This document shows, piece by piece, positions 51,765-61,590 of a stretch of 64,000 nucleotides of DNA. How positions within the stretch are numbered: position 1 is the first letter of the stretch; each line of letters begins with the position of its first letter. The notes beneath the pieces were generated by a model that did no database searches, was not told the DNA's origin, and saw only the letters and a list, made by a program, of their open reading frames with translations. This stretch comes from an uncultured Actinomycetes bacterium (lineage in GTDB: Bacteria; Actinomycetota; Thermoleophilia; Gaiellales; Gaiellaceae): NCBI GenBank assembly GCA_963705945.1, contig CAVPLG010000002.1, forward strand, positions 5,179 to 69,178, given 5' to 3'. The position numbers and the translations under genes were made by a program.

Positions 51765-52307
51765 CGCGCGAGCTGCGCGCGTCCTGTGCGAGTTCGCCGC
51801 CTTCCAGGCGTCGCCGAGCTCGGCGACCGTCCTCGACTCAGCCGCAGGCACGAAGACGGGGTCGAACCCGAAACCCTCGCTACCGCGCGCATCGTGGGCG
51901 ATCAGCCCTTCGAGCGTGCCGGTGCCCCGGAGCTCGACGTCCGTCGGGCGACAGCGCGACGAGCTCACAGACGTAGCGCGCCGAGCGCTCCGTCTGACCG
52001 TCGAGCGCATCAGCGCGCGCTCTACGTGCCGCCCCTCGGCCCAGCGCGCGGTCTGCGACGCCCGGCCGTCCGTCGAGTGCCGTGATCTCGAGCCCGGAGT
52101 CCTCGCCGAGCATCCAGGCGCCCGACGGGCCCGACATCCCGCCCGAAGCGCGCCTTCGCCGCGCGCGTTCTCGTAGAACGTCTCGCCCGTCTCCTCGGGA
52201 TAGGCATCCGCGTCGAGCAGCTCGATCCGCCAGCCCTCGAGCACACGTTCGAGCTCGAGCCGCTTGTGCTCGTTCTGCGAGCAGAGCGTGATCGTCAGGG
52301 AGTCCAC
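51729..52307 (-). CDS. rdgB: non-canonical purine NTP pyrophosphatase (RdgB/HAM1), frame-interrupted
   Basis: ITLCSQNEHKRLELERVL..ETGETFYENA / GEDSGLEITALDGRPGV / GTGTLEGLIAHDARGSEGFGFDPVFVP..RTVAELGDAWKAANSHRTRA. Confidence 0.8.
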   Translation of the reverse strand: MDSLTITLCSQNEHKRLELERVLEGWRIELLDADAYPEETGETFYENARGEGALRAGCRARRAPGCSARTPGSRSRHSTDGRASQTARWAEGRHVERALMRSTVRRSARRATSVSSSRCRPTDVELRGTGTLEGLIAHDARGSEGFGFDPVFVPAAESRTVAELGDAWKAANSHRTRAARALRAALDAAGVG

Positions 52308-52962
52308 CGCGCGGCGATGACGTCGTCGAGCGCACCGAGCCGGACGACCACCGCTTCGGGTCGGGCGCCGTGTGGAAGGTCGACGTCGACCTCGGCGAGC
52401 CGTCGACCGCCCGAGTCAGCGAGCTGGAACGACTGGACGTCCACTCCGAGCTCTTCGATCTCGCTCAGCACTGCTGCGGCACCGGCCCCCTGTCGGAGCT
52501 CGACGCTCAGCCGCCTGCGGCGCGGCTTGTCAAGGAGCAGCCGGTAGACGAGGCGGAGCGGACCGAGCGTGACGAGGGCGAGCGCCGTGCCGATCACCGC
52601 CGCCCAGTAGAAGCCTGCGCCGCAGGCCATGCCGACGCGGCGACGATCCAGAGCGTCGCAGCCGTCGTCAGCCCGCGCACGGTCAACCCGTGACGGATGA
52701 TCGCGCCCGCGCCGAGAAAGCCGATCCCGGTCACGACCTGCGCGGCGATCCGGGTCGGGTCGAACGAGATGCCGTAGTCCGCGCCGAAGTTGAAGTCCGT
52801 CCATGCGTACGCCGAGATGAGGGTGAAGAGCGCCGACCCGACGGATACGAGCACGTGCGTCCGAAAACCCGCCTCGCGCTCGCGCAGCTCGCGCTCGATG
52901 CCGATCGCTCCACCGAGCGCGGCCGCGGCCACCAGCCGTACGACGATCTCCCAGGTGGCTGA
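52295..52962 (-). CDS. MgtC/SapB-family membrane protein, frame-interrupted
   Basis: [84 protein letters not shown] / [23 protein letters not shown], plus a C-terminal ACT-like tail. The start is unresolved. Confidence 0.7.
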
Positions 52963-52964
52963 TG

Positions 52965-53677
52965 TCAGGCACGTTCGGCCTGGACGACGCGCTCCTGCTC
53001 GGCACGGATCCGCTCGATGCCCCCGACCGCGAGCGCGAGCAGCTCGTCGAGCTCGTCGCGCGAGAACGGCTCTCGCTCGGCCGTCGCCTGGACGTCGACG
53101 AAGCGCCCGTCGCCCGTCATCACGACGTTCAGGTCGACGTCCGCCGTCGAGTCCTCCGAGTAGTCGAGGTCGAGCAGCGGCTCGCCGTCGACGATGCCGA
53201 CGGAGACCGCCGCGACGGCGCCGGGCAGCGCCTTCGCGAGCCCGAAGCGGTCGAGCGCCCGGTGTGCGGCCACCCAGACGCCGCTGATCGCAGCGCAGCG
53301 CGTGCCGCCGTCGGCCTGCAGGACGTCGCAGTCGAGCCAGAGCGTGCGCTCGCCGAGCGCCTCGAAGTCGGCCGCCGCGCGCACAGCCCGGCCGATGAGG
53401 CGCTGGATCTCGACCGTGCGCCCCTGCTGCCTGCCGGTCCGCGCCTCCCGCGCGGTGCGCTCGCCGGTCGATGCGGGCAAGCAGCGAGTACTCGGCCGTC
53501 ATCCAGCCCTTCCCCTGTCCCATGAGCCAGCGGGGGATGCGTTCCTCGATCGAGGCCGTGCAGAGCACGCGCGTCTTGCCCTGGATGACGAGCGCCGCAG
53601 CCGTGCGGCTGCTCGAGGTAGTCGGGGACGATCTCGAGCGGGCGCAGCTCGTCCGGTCTCCGTCCGTCTGCCCTCAT
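52965..53677 (-). CDS. rph: ribonuclease PH, frame-interrupted
   Basis: [16 protein letters not shown] / [31 protein letters not shown] / [69 protein letters not shown]. Confidence 0.85.
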
Positions 53678-54520
53678 GCAGCCACCTGCTCGAGGTCGGC
53701 GAGCGTCGAGCCGCTCCACTTCGCCGATCGGCAACTGAAGGAAACGCGCGCCCATCAAACGGAAGAGCTCGGGGTCGCCCGTCGTCGCGAACCGGTAGCC
53801 GCCCTCGCGCCGCCCGTCATTCTCGATCCCCTTCCGGGCGAGGGTCTCCGCCACCTCGCGGGCGGTCTCCTCCGCCGAGAAGACGAGCGTCACGGCGCGG
53901 CCGAACACACGCTGGAAGATCGGGCGGATCAGCGGATAGTGCGTGCAGCCGAGGATCACCGTGTCGACGCCCGCGTCCTTGAGGGGCGCCGCGTACGGCA
54001 CGCACGGCTTCGACCGTTGCGGCCGAAGGGGTCGTCGCTCTCGATCAGCGGCACGAGCTCCGGACAGGGAACGGCGGTCATCCGCACGCCCGCGTCGAGC
54101 GTCCGGACGAGCTCGCTCGTAGCGACCGCTCGCCACGGTCGCCTCCGTTGCGAGCAGCCCGATTCGCCGGTTCCGCGTCGCCTGGACGGCCGCGTGCGCC
54201 TCCGGCGTGATCACGCCGACGATCGGAACGGACAAGCGCTCCTGCAGGTCCGGAAGCGCCGCGGAGGTGGCCGAGTTGCACGCCGCGACGATCAGCTTCA
54301 CGCCCTGGCCCTCGAGATACGTCGCGATCTCGCCCGCGAAGCGGCGGATCTCCTCCGACGGCCGTGGGCCGTAGGGCAGGCGCGCGCCGTCGCCGACATA
54401 GGTGAAGTTCTCGTGCGGAAGGGTGACGAGGCACTCGTGGAGGACGGTGAGCCCTCCCATGCCCGAGTCGAACACCCCTACCGGCCGCGCGTCCACCGAA
54501 GCGATTCTACGAACGCGCAC
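53674..54520 (-). CDS. murI: glutamate racemase, frame-interrupted
   Basis: VGVFDSGMGGLTVLHE..FTYVGDGARLPYGPRP..IVAACNSATSAALPDLQERLSVPIVGVI..VDTVILGCTHYPLI. Two breaks near 54020-54100. The stop overlaps the rph ATG. Confidence 0.85.
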
Positions 54521-54543
54521 GGAGCGCTACCCTTGCCACGCGT

Positions 54544-55946
54544 TTGCGCCGCCTGATCCTCCTCGTCGCCTGTGCGTCGCTCGCCTGGCCTGGCCTGGCT
54601 CGAGCCTGGACGAAGCAGGACGTAGCGATCCCTACGAGCGACGGGGTGCGAGCTTGCGTCGACGCTGTACCTCCCGGATGGGCAGCCACCCACCGGAGGC
54701 TGGCCCGCGATCATGCTTCTCCACGGCCTCGGCGGTGACCGCGAGGACATGAACACGCTCGCCGAGCTCGCGTTTCTGCCGGGAGAGGAGTACGCGGTTC
54801 TGACGTTCGACGCGCGGGGCCACGGCGAAACCGGCGGTCTCTTCACCCTCGACGGGCCGCGTGAGGTGGCCGACGTCAGGGAGGCGTTCGCATGGCTCGC
54901 CGCTCGACCCGATATCGCGGACGACCGCATCGGCGCGTGGGGCATCTCCTACGGAGGCGGTGCCATCTGGAACGCTCTCGCCGCCGGCGTCCCCTTCGCG
55001 GCCGCCGAGACGTGCCAGACGTGGACCGACCTCTACTCTGCGCTCTTCCCGCAGGACCTCTCGAAGTCCGGCGCTGTCGCTCGCCTGTTCACCGAGGTCC
55101 CAACGGACGCCCTCCCACCCGAGATCGAGCAGTTCCGCGATTGGTCCCTCGCCTCGACGAACCTCCCGGCGCTCCGGGCGTACTCGGCCGCACGCTCCTC
55201 GCTCTCGCGCCTCTCGTCCGTGAACACGCCCGTGTTCATGATGCAGGGACGCCGCGACTCCCTGTTCGGGATCGACCAGGCGACGGACGCGTACCGGGCG
55301 CTCGCGGGCCCGAAAGCGTTGTGGATCGGCAACCACGGTCACGCGCCGTCGACGTTTCCCGCCGTCGACACCCCTGCGATGTTAATAGCGGGCAGGCGAT
55401 GGTTCGACCGCTATCTCCGCGGGCTCCCCGCCGAGGTCGGGCCCCCCGTCCGCGTCGCCCGGGAGGGGCGAACGACAACGCAGTCGTACAGCGGGCTGCC
55501 GCCGACGAAGACGGTGGCGTTCCCGCTGGCCGGGCGCACGGAGCTGAAGCAAGCCGGCAAGCTCGTGCGCCGCACGGCACCGACCGCCTCCGCGCTCGAG
55601 ATCTTCGGCTCCCCGGAGGTGCGGGTAACGGCGACAGCGCGTCGAGGCTGGAGTCGTCTCATCGCAGTGCTCTCAGCTCGAACGCGCCAGGGCAAAGAGA
55701 TCGTCGTCTCGGACGGCGGCGTCCCCACGCGATCCGGCTCGCACCCGTACTACATCCGCCTCGCGAACCAGGCGACCTTTGTCCCGAAGGGCTCCCGCTT
55801 CACCGTCACGATCGCGTCCTCCTCCACGGCTCAGGACCCGGACGAACCTGCTCTATCTGGACCTGCCGATGCCGACCGGCGCACGTGTGGCGCTAGGTCC
55901 GGTCACACTCCGGGTACCCGTGTTGAAGAAGGCGATCTCCGGATGA
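54544..55946 (+). CDS. secreted CocE/NonD (S15 X-Pro dipeptidyl-peptidase-like) alpha/beta hydrolase, frame-interrupted at both ends
   Basis: Signal MRRLILLVACASLAWPGLARA. DVAIPTSDGVRL..WPAIMLLHGLGGDRED, nucleophile elbow GAWGISYGGG, WIGNHGH. C-terminal beta-sandwich: YYIRLANQATFVPKGSRFTVTIASSS. The TGA overlaps the next ATG at 55943. Confidence 0.65.
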
Positions 55947-57037
55947 CCGCGCTGGCGAGGAGGCTCCTGCGGCTTGTGGTATTCGCCGCCGCCGCTGCGC
56001 TGGCGATGACGCTTGCAGGCCCGGCGGCGGCGGCCTTTGCGCCGCGTCTCGACGTCTCCGTACCGAACACGCTCGGCACGACGGGAAAGACGACCATCCA
56101 CTTCGCGGTCGGAGCGACCGACGACACGACCGCACGGCTCGTGCTGTTTGCGCCGACCCGCTTTTCCGTCAGCCCAGGGACCCCCGGCACGACGATCGGC
56201 ACCGCGAAGGCAACGATCCGGGTCGCCGACTTCGGTGGTGTGACCATCCCCGTGGACGGGACGATCGGGGTCCGCGACCCGACCGGCGTGGCGGTGATGG
56301 GGACGACACCGGTTCCGCTCTCGATGCTTGCGCTCAGCTGCACCGGAACGACGACTCACGCGGCGTACTGGGTGGTCAGGGTCTTCGCCCAGGGCCAGAC
56401 GGTGGAGCTGGCGACATTCCTCGATGCGACCACCGGGCCCGAAGCGTCGCTCGGGTCCTCGAAGCTCACGCTCTGCTTCCCGCCCGATGACGTGCCGTCG
56501 GGCACCCCGGGCCGCTCGCCCCTCGGGATCAAGCTCGTCGATGCCAAGCTCACGTTCCCCAGGACGTTCACAAATGCGGCGAAGCGTGGGGCGTACCTCT
56601 GGTCGTCGATCTGGACGCCCTACGTTCCGGGTTCCGCGACGGTGAACACGGCGGGCGCGGTGTCGGCCGTCTCCGTCAACTCTCTCCCCATTTCGCTCTC
56701 CCTCAGGGGCTCGTATGCGAAGGCGAGGAGGTCCGCTCTGCTCTCCGGCCGGTTCTCCGCATTCGCTGGCACCAAGCTGCCGCTTTACGCCGGCCGCAGC
56801 AAGACGACGCTCAGGCGGTCAGGCTCGACCTCGGCGACGACCGACAACGGGACGTACGCGGCCGCGAGAACGATCGCCGGAACGACGTACTACCAGGTGC
56901 GGTTCGCGACGCCGGCGGTGAACCAACCAGGGCTCTGCGCGACCTTGCCCGTCGGGCTGTTGCCCACATGCGTGAGCTCGACGGTCGGCGCCTTCGCGGT
57001 CGCGAGCCCGATCGTCCGGGTCACGTTCAGGAAGTGA
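55943..57037 (+). CDS. secreted protein of unknown function (364 aa)
   Basis: Intact. Signal peptide MTALARRLLRLVVFAAAAALAMTLAGPAAAAFA. T/G/A/V-rich with predicted beta character and four Cys. No motif I recognise. Translationally coupled on both sides (ATGA 55943, GTGA 57034). Confidence 0.6.
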   Translation: MTALARRLLRLVVFAAAAALAMTLAGPAAAAFAPRLDVSVPNTLGTTGKTTIHFAVGATDDTTARLVLFAPTRFSVSPGTPGTTIGTAKATIRVADFGGVTIPVDGTIGVRDPTGVAVMGTTPVPLSMLALSCTGTTTHAAYWVVRVFAQGQTVELATFLDATTGPEASLGSSKLTLCFPPDDVPSGTPGRSPLGIKLVDAKLTFPRTFTNAAKRGAYLWSSIWTPYVPGSATVNTAGAVSAVSVNSLPISLSLRGSYAKARRSALLSGRFSAFAGTKLPLYAGRSKTTLRRSGSTSATTDNGTYAAARTIAGTTYYQVRFATPAVNQPGLCATLPVGLLPTCVSSTVGAFAVASPIVRVTFRK

Positions 57038-57903
57038 CCACCGTCCGCATCGGCATCTGCTCGTGGGCGGACGAGGGCATGACGAAGCACTGGTACCCGT
57101 CCGCGGTGCGGGGCGCAGCGGAGCGGCTCGGCTACTACGCGCAGCACTACGACGTCGTCGAGGCTGACTCGCCGTTCTACCGACTGCCCGCGCCCGAGGT
57201 GTCGGCGAAGTGGGCGGAACGAACGCCGGATGACTTCATGTTCCACGTGAAGGCGAGCGGCGAGATGACCGGGCACCGCGAGGGGGAGCGTGAGCCTGCG
57301 TTCCGCGACTTCCGCGAGGCGCTTGCGCCACTCGAGCGCTCGGGCAAGCTCCGCGGTGTGCTGCTCCAGTACCACCCGCGGGTCAAAAAGTCGCGCGAGG
57401 CACTGGCCGAGATCGCCGCCGCACGAGACCTGCTCGACCCGCTCGTGCCGCTCGTCGAGTTCCGCCATCGCTCCTGGCTCGAGGAGGACGAGCGCGCCGA
57501 CACGCTTCGCTTCCTCGAGCAGCACGGCTGCGCCTACGTCACGGTCGACGCTCCGCGGACGCGCGCCTCGAACGTCATCCCCACGATCCCGGCAGCCACC
57601 CATCCCGTCGCGTACGTCCGCTTCCACGGCCGCAACTGGAAAACGTGGAACATCCGCGGTGCGAAGACGTCCGCCGAGCGCTTCGACTGGCTCTACTCCG
57701 AGAGCGAGCTGGAGGAGTGGGTGGAGCCGCTGACCGTGCTCGCCGGCGAGGCGGAGGAGGTCTACGCGATGTTCAACAACAATCGCGACGACTTCGCGCC
57801 GCAGGGAGCGCAGCTGCTCAGGCGCCTGCTGGACGCCGCCGGCCTCGACGCGTCCGGCGGGATCGAGCCCGCGAAGCAAGGCCAGCTATCTTTCGACCAG
57901 TGA
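57034..57903 (+). CDS. DUF72 (UPF0759) family protein
   Basis: VTTVRIGICSWADEG..YYAQHYDVVEADSPFYRLP..WAERTPDDFMFHVKA..VLLQYHP..VEFRHRSW..VAYVRFHGRN. Intact. Confidence 0.85.
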   Translation: MTTVRIGICSWADEGMTKHWYPSAVRGAAERLGYYAQHYDVVEADSPFYRLPAPEVSAKWAERTPDDFMFHVKASGEMTGHREGEREPAFRDFREALAPLERSGKLRGVLLQYHPRVKKSREALAEIAAARDLLDPLVPLVEFRHRSWLEEDERADTLRFLEQHGCAYVTVDAPRTRASNVIPTIPAATHPVAYVRFHGRNWKTWNIRGAKTSAERFDWLYSESELEEWVEPLTVLAGEAEEVYAMFNNNRDDFAPQGAQLLRRLLDAAGLDASGGIEPAKQGQLSFDQ

Positions 57904-58598
57904 ACGTCCTCGCGGTCGTCCACGGGGCGAATTGCCCACCCGGTGCGTTTCGCACTGAGCTGGAACGGCGGGGCCACGAGGTGGACGAGTGGTCGCTCGC
58001 CTGGGGCTCCCCGCCGCCGCGCCCGATCGACGACTACGGCGCGGTGATGATCTTTGGCGGCTCGATGCACGCGGACCAGGACGACCACCATCCGTGGCTC
58101 CGTGACGAGCAGCTCTTCCTCCAGCGCCTGCTCGACCTGCACATGCCGCTGCTCGGCGTCTGTCTCGGCAGCCAGCTGATCGCGAAGGCAGCCCACGCGC
58201 CCGTCGGTGCGCTCGCGATGCCAGAGGTCGGCTGGATCGACATCGAGCTGACGGAGGAGGCCGCGGACGACCCGGTGTTCTCGGCGCTTCCCGAGAGGTT
58301 CTCGGCCTTCCAGTGGCACTTCTACGGATTCGACGTCCCTGCCGGCGGCGTCGAGCTCGCGCGCAGCGACGGCTGCGCCCAGGCCTTCCGGCTCGGAGAG
58401 GTCGCGTGGGGCGTCCAGTTCCACCCCGAGATCACACGACCCATCCTCGAGACCTGGCTCGCCGAGGCGGATGAGATCGCCGGCGCGGAAGAGTTTCTTG
58501 CGGCCTTCGACGAGCGCGCCGAGGAGTGGCAGGCGCTCGGGGCCCAGCTCTGCGGAAGCTTCGTCGAGGCCGCCGAGCGCGTCGCCGTGACGGCCTAA
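57900..58598 (+). CDS. class I (type 1) glutamine amidotransferase-like protein
   Basis: GTG at 57900 overlaps the DUF72 stop. PLLGVCLGSQLIA (nucleophile Cys), FQWH, WGVQFHPE. Intact. Confidence 0.8.
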   Translation: MNVLAVVHGANCPPGAFRTELERRGHEVDEWSLAWGSPPPRPIDDYGAVMIFGGSMHADQDDHHPWLRDEQLFLQRLLDLHMPLLGVCLGSQLIAKAAHAPVGALAMPEVGWIDIELTEEAADDPVFSALPERFSAFQWHFYGFDVPAGGVELARSDGCAQAFRLGEVAWGVQFHPEITRPILETWLAEADEIAGAEEFLAAFDERAEEWQALGAQLCGSFVEAAERVAVTA

Positions 58599-58607
58599 GA
58601 GACAGGC

Positions 58608-59405
58608 CTAGCGCTCGAGCGGCAGTTCGGCGAAGCGCGACCACTCGTGCCACGAGCCGACGTAGTTCCGCGCCCGGTAACCGGCTGCGCGAAGCGCGAC
58701 GGTGGCGAGCGCCGACCGCGATCCGGAGTGGCAGTACGCGACGACCTGCGCGGCTTCGGGCAGGCCGACGATGCTGCGTACCTCGTCCGGCGGCCGCGGG
58801 ATGCCCGGGCCCGCGAACAACGTCGAGACCTCGACGTTCAGCGCGCCGGGGATATGGCCCTGTCGTGGATCGCACGGCGCGCCGTTCCGACCTCCGTACT
58901 CCTCCGGCCGCCTGACATCGACGATCGCGAGCTCCGGGTCCGAGAGCCGGGCTTCGATCTCGACGCGCGTCGGCACGGCTTCGAGACGGGGCTCGAGCTC
59001 GACGCGCGTCTTCTCGAGCACGGCAGAGCCCGTCTCGAGCTCCCCGTCCCAGCCGGCGATCCCGCCGGCTAGCACCGCGACGCTCGGATGGCCGGCGAGC
59101 TCGATCACCTGCGCCGCCGACGCAGCCGACACGCAGCGGCCGTCGTCGTAGACGACCAGCCGCTCGTCGCCCGTGATCCCGTGGCGACGAAGGCGAAGGC
59201 CTGCCTCGAGCGCGAACGCCCGGACAACCTCCTCGTCCGTGAACTGCCCGGGCGCGCCGACGACGAGCGGGATCGCTCCTGGCAGGTGGCCGCGCGCGTG
59301 CGCGTTCGGCCCGCGGACGTCCGCGAGGACGAGATCGTCTTCGCCGAGGTGCTCCGCGAGCCAGCCCCCGTCGACGACGGGAGGCAGCTCGCTCCCGCTC
59401 GTCAC
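58608..59405 (-). CDS. tandem-rhodanese sulfurtransferase (SseA/thiosulfate-3-mercaptopyruvate type)
   Basis: GTG at 59405 (GTGA overlap with the GST stop). Two rhodanese domains. Active-site loop VAYCHSGSRSA (CX4R, sulfurtransferase-length loop). Intact. Confidence 0.85.
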   Translation of the reverse strand: MTSGSELPPVVDGGWLAEHLGEDDLVLADVRGPNAHARGHLPGAIPLVVGAPGQFTDEEVVRAFALEAGLRLRRHGITGDERLVVYDDGRCVSAASAAQVIELAGHPSVAVLAGGIAGWDGELETGSAVLEKTRVELEPRLEAVPTRVEIEARLSDPELAIVDVRRPEEYGGRNGAPCDPRQGHIPGALNVEVSTLFAGPGIPRPPDEVRSIVGLPEAAQVVAYCHSGSRSALATVALRAAGYRARNYVGSWHEWSRFAELPLER

Positions 59406-59986
59406 GCGACCATCGCCGAGACGATCTCCAGCTCGGCCGCGATCCCCGGCCGCTCGGCCAGCCGATCGAGCCAGTCCGCGACCGCCGGGTATCGACCCAG
59501 GTCGAGATCGAGATACGCCTGCGCCCGCGGCAGCCAGGGGAACCAGGCGATGTCGGCGAAGCCGTACTCGGAGCCGTTGAGGTAAGGCCGAGCCGCGAGC
59601 GTCGAGTCGAGCGCGTCGAGATTGCCGGCCAGCCGCTCGTCGGCGCCATCCTCCCCGCGACGGGCGGCGTAGTACGCGTTCGTGAAGGCCGTGTCGTGGT
59701 TCCAGACGTACAGCCGAGCGAGGGCGCGGTCGAGCGGGTCCACCGGCAGGAGCGGAGGCTCCGGATAGCGCTCCTCGAGCAGCTCCATGATCACGGCCGA
59801 CTCGGGGACGCAGACGTCGTCCTCCTCGAGCACGGGCACCTTTCCGACCGGATTCTTCTCGTAGAGCCACGCGGGGCGATCGGAGAGATCGACCCCGACG
59901 ACCTCGTGCGGGACGCCCTTCTCGGCCAGGTAGATGCGCACGCGGGCGCAGTACGGGCAGCGGTCGGCGTCGTAGAGCGTGATCAC
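59402..59986 (-). CDS. GST-fold protein with glutaredoxin-type CPYC active site (Grx2/omega-like)
   Basis: Intact 194 aa: MITLYDADRCPYCARVRIYLAEKGV..KNPVGKVPVLE..ESAVIMELLEERYP, followed by a GST_C-like helical domain. Confidence 0.8.
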   Translation of the reverse strand: MITLYDADRCPYCARVRIYLAEKGVPHEVVGVDLSDRPAWLYEKNPVGKVPVLEEDDVCVPESAVIMELLEERYPEPPLLPVDPLDRALARLYVWNHDTAFTNAYYAARRGEDGADERLAGNLDALDSTLAARPYLNGSEYGFADIAWFPWLPRAQAYLDLDLGRYPAVADWLDRLAERPGIAAELEIVSAMVA

Positions 59987-60945
59987 GGCACCGATACCCC
60001 TAGCACGTCCGCCACCTCTCGGAACAGCTCATCCGCCGGCGGCAGGTCGGCAACGGTGCTCGCCGTCCGCGCGACCGCGCGCACACGGCCGGCGTCCGCG
60101 CCGGTCAAGCGCGAAGCGACCGTCGGGTTCGCGTTGAGCGCCACGACGTCTCCGGGTGGGAGCGGGCCGTCGTACTCGGGCAGTGACGCGTACTCGTCGG
60201 CAATCGAGCCGCGCTCGAAGAGGATGTAGCGGACGACAGCGCCCTGCTCGAGGCCGAGCGCCAGCACGACGCCTCCCGTGCGATAGGAAAGCTCCTGCGC
60301 GAGTCGGCGGAGGAGCTGTGGGTCGGCGCTGCAAAGCTCGTCGTCGACCGCGACCCAGCCGTTCTTCGGCGCGTGGACGTCCGTCCGCGGCGACGATCCG
60401 AGCCGCGGGAGGAACGTGCGCACTGCCCGATCGACCATCTGCTCCTCGTCCGTCTGTGCGAACACGAGCCCGCGCGACGGCGGCAGGCCGTCACGTGACA
60501 GCCGCTCTTCGAGCTCGCCGGCCGCCGCCGCCAGGGTCAGCTTGCTCTCACGGAGTCCCCAGCGCTCGTAGACAGCCCGCGCGTCGGCGTTCGACGCCTG
60601 AACCTCGAGCTCGATCACCTCCGCCCCGTGAGCGCGCAGCTGAGCCGTGGCCTCCCGGGCAAGAGTCCCGGCCATGCCGCCGCGGCGTGATCCGGGGGCG
60701 ACGTAGAGATCGCTGATCCAGCCGAGCCTCGCGCCACGCATGCGGGCGAGGACGAACCCGATCGGCTCGTCGTTCTCCTCCGCGATCAGCGCCACGTGAG
60801 ACTCGACGTACTCGGCGATCTCCGAGAGCTCCTGCGCCTCGTCGACCTCCTCATACACCGGCCGTGGCTGCTCGCCCTCGAACGCGCGCCAGAGCGCGGA
60901 CAGGATCTCGAGGTCGTCCTTCGTCGCGGGCCGAACGCTCGGCAT
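59983..60945 (-). CDS. GNAT N-acetyltransferase with a roughly 170-aa uncharacterised C-terminal domain
   Basis: Intact 320 aa. GNAT core: IGFVLARMRGARLGWISDLYVAPGSRRGGMAGTLAREA..VIELEVQASNADARAVYERWG. The C-terminal half has no motif I recognise. Confidence 0.75.
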   Translation of the reverse strand: MPSVRPATKDDLEILSALWRAFEGEQPRPVYEEVDEAQELSEIAEYVESHVALIAEENDEPIGFVLARMRGARLGWISDLYVAPGSRRGGMAGTLAREATAQLRAHGAEVIELEVQASNADARAVYERWGLRESKLTLAAAAGELEERLSRDGLPPSRGLVFAQTDEEQMVDRAVRTFLPRLGSSPRTDVHAPKNGWVAVDDELCSADPQLLRRLAQELSYRTGGVVLALGLEQGAVVRYILFERGSIADEYASLPEYDGPLPPGDVVALNANPTVASRLTGADAGRVRAVARTASTVADLPPADELFREVADVLGVSVP

Positions 60946-60954
60946 GCCGTCAGC

Positions 60955-61590
60955 TTACGGGCGCGACAGCGCAGCGAGGACGTCGAAGAAGGTGTCAAAA
61001 GGCTCGTACGGCTCGCCGATCTCGTCGAGGTATCGCGCGAGGCCTCGGGTCGCAAACACCCGGTCCGACGCGAGCGCGGCGCAGCGATCGGAGATCCCGT
61101 CTCCGATGTAGACGACTTTGTGGCCCTCCGGCAGGCTCGCGCGCTTGCACGGCTCGCCGCAGACCGCGCAGACAGCGTCGTCCCGCCACTGAACGCGCCA
61201 GCCGTCTGGCCGCGTGTCGACGGTGTTGGCGACGATCTCGAGATCGCCGAGACCGACGCTCGCGAGCACGGGCCGAATCGTCTCGACGAACCCGCTCGAG
61301 AGCACGCGGACCTGCCAGCCGCGCTCGCGTGCGAAAGCGACGAGCTCCGAGAGGCCCGCGCGCAACCTCGACCGCTCGAGCACCCACGCGACGACCTCGT
61401 CGATCGGCGCCGTGACCGGTGCGAACTCCCGCGTGATCTCCTCCTGAAGCGTGATCCTGCCCTCGCGGAGCGCGCCCTCCACCTCGTGCACGACGTCAGG
61501 GTCGCCAAAGCGCCGCGACATCTGCTGCAGCACATCCTCCTCGGTGATCGTCCCGTCGAAGTCGAGGACGACCGCGGTGGGGGACGTCAC
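60955..61590 (-). CDS. HAD-IB phosphatase, MtnX-like (Cys-rich cap)
   Basis: GTG at 61590 (GTGA overlap with the FAH stop). Motif I VVLDFDGTIT, SSGF, IGDGISD, and cap cysteines VCAVCGEPCK. Confidence 0.7.
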   Translation of the reverse strand: MTSPTAVVLDFDGTITEEDVLQQMSRRFGDPDVVHEVEGALREGRITLQEEITREFAPVTAPIDEVVAWVLERSRLRAGLSELVAFARERGWQVRVLSSGFVETIRPVLASVGLGDLEIVANTVDTRPDGWRVQWRDDAVCAVCGEPCKRASLPEGHKVVYIGDGISDRCAALASDRVFATRGLARYLDEIGEPYEPFDTFFDVLAALSRP

